NCBI GenBank assembly: GCA_041599855.1
Contig: JBFILE010000002.1
Location: forward strand, 1 to 35,630
Direction of reading: 5' to 3'
Length of the DNA: 35,630 bases
Origin: Thermoplasmatota archaeon
Lineage (GTDB): Archaea; Thermoplasmatota; SW-10-69-26; JACQPN01; JAJPHT01
The translations under genes were made by a program, and so were the position numbers. This document shows positions 32,951-35,630 of this stretch, piece by piece; within the stretch, counting starts at the first letter, position 1, and the number at the start of each line of letters is the position of its first letter. The notes under the pieces were generated by a model that saw nothing but the letters and a program-made list of their open reading frames with translations, had not been told where the DNA came from and did not search any database.

Positions 32951-33147
32951 GGTGGTGGCCCTCCAGGGCAGAGGCGTGAGGGCTTGACCCTGGAGGGGCC
33001 GAGAGCGGTGGGGGAGAGGGGCCCAGCGTGCGGTCCTGCATGGGGGCAACCTGCCAGAGGGAGGGCACTCTCCCCCCTTGTATAGTGTGGGCCCCCCGTG
33101 CTCACGGGACCAGGGGCGGGGGGTTCTCACGGCGAGAAGAGTGGCGG

Positions 33148-33360
33148 CGTGTTCCGCGCGTTCCGGAAGTTCCACAAACTCGGTGTTCTCTATTGCTCTT
33201 GTGGTCTTCTTCTTCTACATAGCTATAGGAGGAACGCTAAACATGGAACTCTTGGAACGCCCCTGGTAGATGGGGGTGCCCGTTTGCTAAGCCCCTGGTA
33301 GATGGGTGTTCCATGGGCGTTCCGGAAGCCTCCCCTCCACCACTCTGAGCGGTTCCGATT
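33148..33360. repeat. GGAAC/GTTCC pentamer cluster with 12-bp and 16-bp direct repeats
   Basis: GTTCC at 33151, 33160 and 33169. GGAAC at 33231, 33245 and 33254. GTTCC at 33308, 33319 and 33352. GCGTTCCGGAAG at 33158 and 33317. GCCCCTGGTAGATGGG at 33259 and 33291. Confidence 0.85.
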
Positions 33361-33427
33361 CTCACTGAGGGTGGGATGGGCTCGCTTCGCAGCGAAATGG
33401 TTGGATAACTCCAAGGTTTATTTCCAC

Positions 33428-34852
33428 TCAGGGGGCCTCGAATCGTACCCTCCCCTCCGCCTTCCCTGAGCGGTCCGAGGCCTTCGAGACGTAGATGGCC
33501 CCCACGGCCTCCCGGAGGAGCTTCTCCCGCTCCGCTGGCCCGTAGGCGGCCCAGACCTCCCCGAAGGTCTCCCCTGTCGCCCTGAAGGCCACGGAGGGAG
33601 GAATGGCGGGTCCTAGTGCCAGGAGGCGGGCGTCTAGAGCCTCAATCTGGCCCAGGATGGCGCGGCGGGCCGTTTCCGACCGGATGCCGACCAGGGAGGC
33701 CCCCAGGTCGTCCAGGGCGGCCAGGAGGTCGGCGCGGTCCTCTGAGCGCTCGTCCGTGGTCTCAATCCTCTCCGTGACATCCCAGGAGCCAAACGTCCCC
33801 AGGAAGAGGCGCTCGACCTCGGCGGCGAGGCGGTCGGCCAGAATGGCGCACCCTGGGCACGGTGGCCCTGTGTAATCGGCGGCCTTCGGGGCGGAGCACT
33901 GGAAGAGTCTATCGGTCACTCGCTCCCCGCTCGATAGGGTTCTATGGCGCGGTTTCGACCAGAGCCTATTCCCACAATGGGCACAGAATGCCAGGCCAGC
34001 GAGGTAGGGGCGCTCCCCGCTCGTAGCCCTCCGGCGTCGGACGCTCACGGCCGCCTGGAGGCGGTCGAAGGTCTCGCGATCGAGAAGGGGCTCCGCTGCG
34101 AGCACTGGGAGGCCATCATCTCCGAAGACCGTGCCCCCGTCCCTCGTGGCGTGCCCTAGGAGGCCTTTCCGGGTGAGCATGTGGCGGATGGCGGTCCTGG
34201 ACCATGCCCGCCCCTTCTGGGCGCTCTGGACGCCCTCAGCATTGAGCCACTCGGCCACGCTCTGGAGGGACGCCCCCGAGAGCGCTCGCTCGATGGCCTC
34301 TCGGAGGATGGGGGCCTCCACGGGGTCGAGTGCGAGCCAATGGCCCGCCCCCGAGGGGTGAGGAGTCGGCCTCCATCCGAATGGGCGCGCCCCGCCCTTC
34401 CATCGGCCCGTGGCGAGTAGGGCGGCCTGCCCTGCCCGGATACGCTCGCGGATGGTCGATAGCTCTAGCTCAGCGAAGACCGAGACCACGCCCGCCATGG
34501 CCTTCCCGATAGGGGTGGTCATGTCGATCGGCTCCGTAGCGCTCACGAGGGCGGTCCCGGCCCTCTCGGCCTCCTGGGCCATCGTGGCGAAGTCCCCCAC
34601 GGAGCGGGCGAGGCGGTCGAGCTTCCAGAAGACCACGGCGTCAAACTCGCCGAGGCGGGCCCTAAGGCGGCGGAGGGCGGGGCGGTCCGTGGAGCCCCCA
34701 CTCTGCCCGAGGTCCTCGAAGACATCCACAAGCTCCCACCCTCGGGCCTGGCATAGTCCAGCGATGAGGGCCCGTTGACGCTCGGGGGAGGTGGAGGAGT
34801 CGGTCTCGCGGCTGAGGCGGACGTAGCCCGCTACCCTGGTCGAATCGGCCAT
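33428..34852 (-). CDS. int: large serine recombinase (integrase), 474 aa
   Basis: N-terminal resolvase domain VAGYVRLSRETDSSTSPERQ with the catalytic Ser, a recombinase domain, zinc ribbon CAHCGNRLW...CSAPKAADYTGPPCPGC, and a C-terminal coiled coil. Confidence 0.95.
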   Translation of the reverse strand: MADSTRVAGYVRLSRETDSSTSPERQRALIAGLCQARGWELVDVFEDLGQSGGSTDRPALRRLRARLGEFDAVVFWKLDRLARSVGDFATMAQEAERAGTALVSATEPIDMTTPIGKAMAGVVSVFAELELSTIRERIRAGQAALLATGRWKGGARPFGWRPTPHPSGAGHWLALDPVEAPILREAIERALSGASLQSVAEWLNAEGVQSAQKGRAWSRTAIRHMLTRKGLLGHATRDGGTVFGDDGLPVLAAEPLLDRETFDRLQAAVSVRRRRATSGERPYLAGLAFCAHCGNRLWSKPRHRTLSSGERVTDRLFQCSAPKAADYTGPPCPGCAILADRLAAEVERLFLGTFGSWDVTERIETTDERSEDRADLLAALDDLGASLVGIRSETARRAILGQIEALDARLLALGPAIPPSVAFRATGETFGEVWAAYGPAEREKLLREAVGAIYVSKASDRSGKAEGRVRFEAP

Positions 34853-34901
34853 GGGGGAGAGTGTACCTCTCCGTCAAGCGCGGGGGTGCCTCGGGGCCCA
34901 C

Positions 34902-35054
34902 GTGCATCTGGTAGCTACGCCGGTGCATATTCGTACCGAGCCGTGCCCCGTAGTGCATCTGGTAGCTACGCCGGTGCATATTCGTACCGAGCCGTGCCCC
35001 GTAGTGCATCTGGTAGCTACGCCGGTGCGTGTTCGTACCGAGCCGTGCCGCTGG
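34902..35054. repeat. 3 x 51-bp direct tandem repeat upstream of int
   Basis: Units start at 34902, 34953 and 35004. Units 1 and 2 are identical and unit 3 diverges at its end. Each carries two GTGCAT hexamers 21 bp apart and the palindrome GTAGCTAC. Confidence 0.9.
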
Positions 35055-35067
35055 CCCCCTGCGCTCA

Positions 35068-35117
35068 GTGTGCCTTTCCGTTAAGCGCGAGGGGGCGTGC
35101 TTGACGGAAAGGGACAC
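35068..35117. repeat. 50-bp imperfect palindrome (19-bp arms, 17/19 complementary)
   Basis: GTGTGCCTTTCCGTTAAGC - 12 nt - GCTTGACGGAAAGGGACAC. The left arm plus part of the loop is duplicated at 34861..34890. Confidence 0.85.
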
Positions 35118-35122
35118 TCCCC

Positions 35123-35356
35123 TCAGGCGGGGGTGACCGTGACGGTCTCGCCCGAGGGGGTGACCATGATGGCCCCGCGGCCCTCGTGGGTGACCTCGGT
35201 AATCTGGAGGTCGATACCCCGGGCCAGGCCCAGGCGGGCGGCGATGCGGCGCTGGAGGGCGATGACTGGGGCCAGGGCGGCGGGGCCCTGCTTCACCTGG
35301 AAGGCGTCCTTCCAGGTCTCGGTGGCGGTGGTGATGGTGACTCGGTGGCTGCTCAT
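35123..35356 (-). CDS. hypothetical protein (77 aa), leaderless
   Basis: Track ORF 35123..35404 trimmed to ATG 35356 (MSSHRVTITTATE...), 7 nt downstream of the TATGGT of cassette P4. Confidence 0.65.
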   Translation of the reverse strand: MSSHRVTITTATETWKDAFQVKQGPAALAPVIALQRRIAARLGLARGIDLQITEVTHEGRGAIMVTPSGETVTVTPA

Positions 35357-35393
35357 AGGTGTAACCATACACGCTTGACGCTCAAGAGTCAAC
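35354..35393 (-). promoter_or_regulatory. class-1 promoter/operator cassette P4
   Basis: -35 TTGACT (35392..35387), -10 TATGGT (35369..35364), ATG 35356. Confidence 0.7.
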
Positions 35394-35422
35394 CTCTCCC
35401 CCAAGATTTCTCAGGGGAGAGG
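35393..35422 (-). terminator. hairpin immediately upstream of P4
   Basis: Perfect 9-bp stem CCTCTCCCC / GGGGAGAGG. The loop contains AGATTTCT. It abuts the -35 of P4. Confidence 0.6.
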
Positions 35423-35433
35423 GGAGACTCCCC

Positions 35434-35630
35434 TCAGGCGGCCACTCGGATGGCGTCGAAGGGGGTCCACTCGGTCGGATGCCCGGGGGCGCTCGTGGTG
35501 ACCGTGAGGTTTCCGTTCCCGTCCTCGAAGAGAAGCCCGGCGGTGAAGGGGCCCTCGATGGTCCCGGCGGCGGTGGTCACGATGACCTCCTGGCCTTCGG
35601 TGAGGGTGTCGGGGGTGGTGATGTCGGTGG
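35434..35630 (-). CDS. hypothetical protein, C-terminal 65 aa (start beyond right edge)
   Basis: Not in the track. Hand translation ...TDITTPDTLTEGQEVIVTTAAGTIEGPFTAGLLFEDGNGNLTVTTSAPGHPTEWTPFDAIRVAA, stop TGA 35436..35434, followed by a hairpin. Confidence 0.5.
   Translation of the reverse strand, partial: TDITTPDTLTEGQEVIVTTAAGTIEGPFTAGLLFEDGNGNLTVTTSAPGHPTEWTPFDAIRVAA

Noticed and set aside
32951-33175. N-terminal 75 aa of track ORF 32639..33175, and the overlapping ORF 32542..33105
   Set aside because: Pro/Arg-rich, non-protein-like sequence. The HNH domain starts at the internal ATG 32950, which has a GGAGGG SD. 32542..33105 is an alternative-frame shadow.
33231-33269. Strong + strand SD (AGGAGG) followed by an 8-codon ORF MELLERPW
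   Set aside because: It is too short, on the non-coding strand, and the sequence is part of the GGAAC repeat cluster. The SD-like match is probably fortuitous.
33223-33414. 63-aa minus ORF (TTG start) downstream of int, considered as an excisionase/RDF
   Set aside because: It has no GC3 bias, spans the pentamer and direct-repeat DNA elements, and has a rare start codon with no SD. The region behaves as non-coding binding-site DNA.
34902-35054. The 3 x 51-bp repeats considered as a CRISPR array
   Set aside because: The repeats are directly contiguous with no unique spacers, there are only three units, and no cas genes are present. This is a tandem direct repeat.
34662-35372. 236-aa minus ORF and 109-aa + ORF (34775..35104) with repeated 17-aa peptides
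   Set aside because: The periodic peptide is just the 51-bp DNA repeat read in frame. The ORFs overlap the integrase start and the 77-aa gene out of frame, are Arg/Pro/His-rich and have no translation signals.

Overview
This 35.6-kb window is a stretch of a high-GC tailed-phage genome. It has a siphovirus-type tail module, an HK97-type head module and a large serine integrase, so the phage is probably temperate. Both edges lie in phage genes, not host DNA. All credible genes (about 50) are on the minus strand. The long + strand ORFs in the track are antisense shadows, as is typical of GC-rich DNA. Minus-strand order, right to left: a partial small gene; a leaderless 77-aa gene; a repeat-rich spacer; the serine integrase; an AT-richer spacer packed with GGAAC/GTTCC pentamers; two HNH endonucleases; a P27-type small terminase; a 3.7-kb five-gene lectin/fibre-like cassette; large terminase, portal, prohead protease and major capsid; a spacer with a tRNA-like element; head-tail joining genes; a tail-tube candidate; a 326-bp non-coding gap; an HK97-gp10-like gene; tail chaperones with a GGGAAAC -1 frameshift; tape measure; distal tail genes; a BNR/FN3 tail protein; endolysin and holin-like genes; dNMP kinase. 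The early/replication block follows: SprT-like protein, exonuclease plus partner, resolvase-like nuclease, sigma-region-4-like protein, primase-helicase and DNA polymerase I. The polymerase is cut by the left edge and is missing from the ORF track. The most interesting layer is non-coding. (i) A near-identical 40-bp sigma70-type promoter plus dyad-operator cassette occurs four times with the ATG at +1, and promoter-less dyad copies sit inside the late operon. (ii) A second bipartite motif, TGAGCAC-N14-GCCGACACCTCC-N3-ATG, occurs five times with invariant spacing. It has promoter geometry but non-sigma70 hexamers, and one copy lies directly upstream of the phage's own sigma-like gene. (iii) A 3 x 51-bp tandem array, bracketed by ~30-bp direct repeats and a 50-bp imperfect palindrome, lies just upstream of an apparently leaderless integrase gene. 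I saw no rRNA, CRISPR array, transposase, reverse transcriptase or canonical tRNA. All functional names come from motif recognition by eye; no database search was run.
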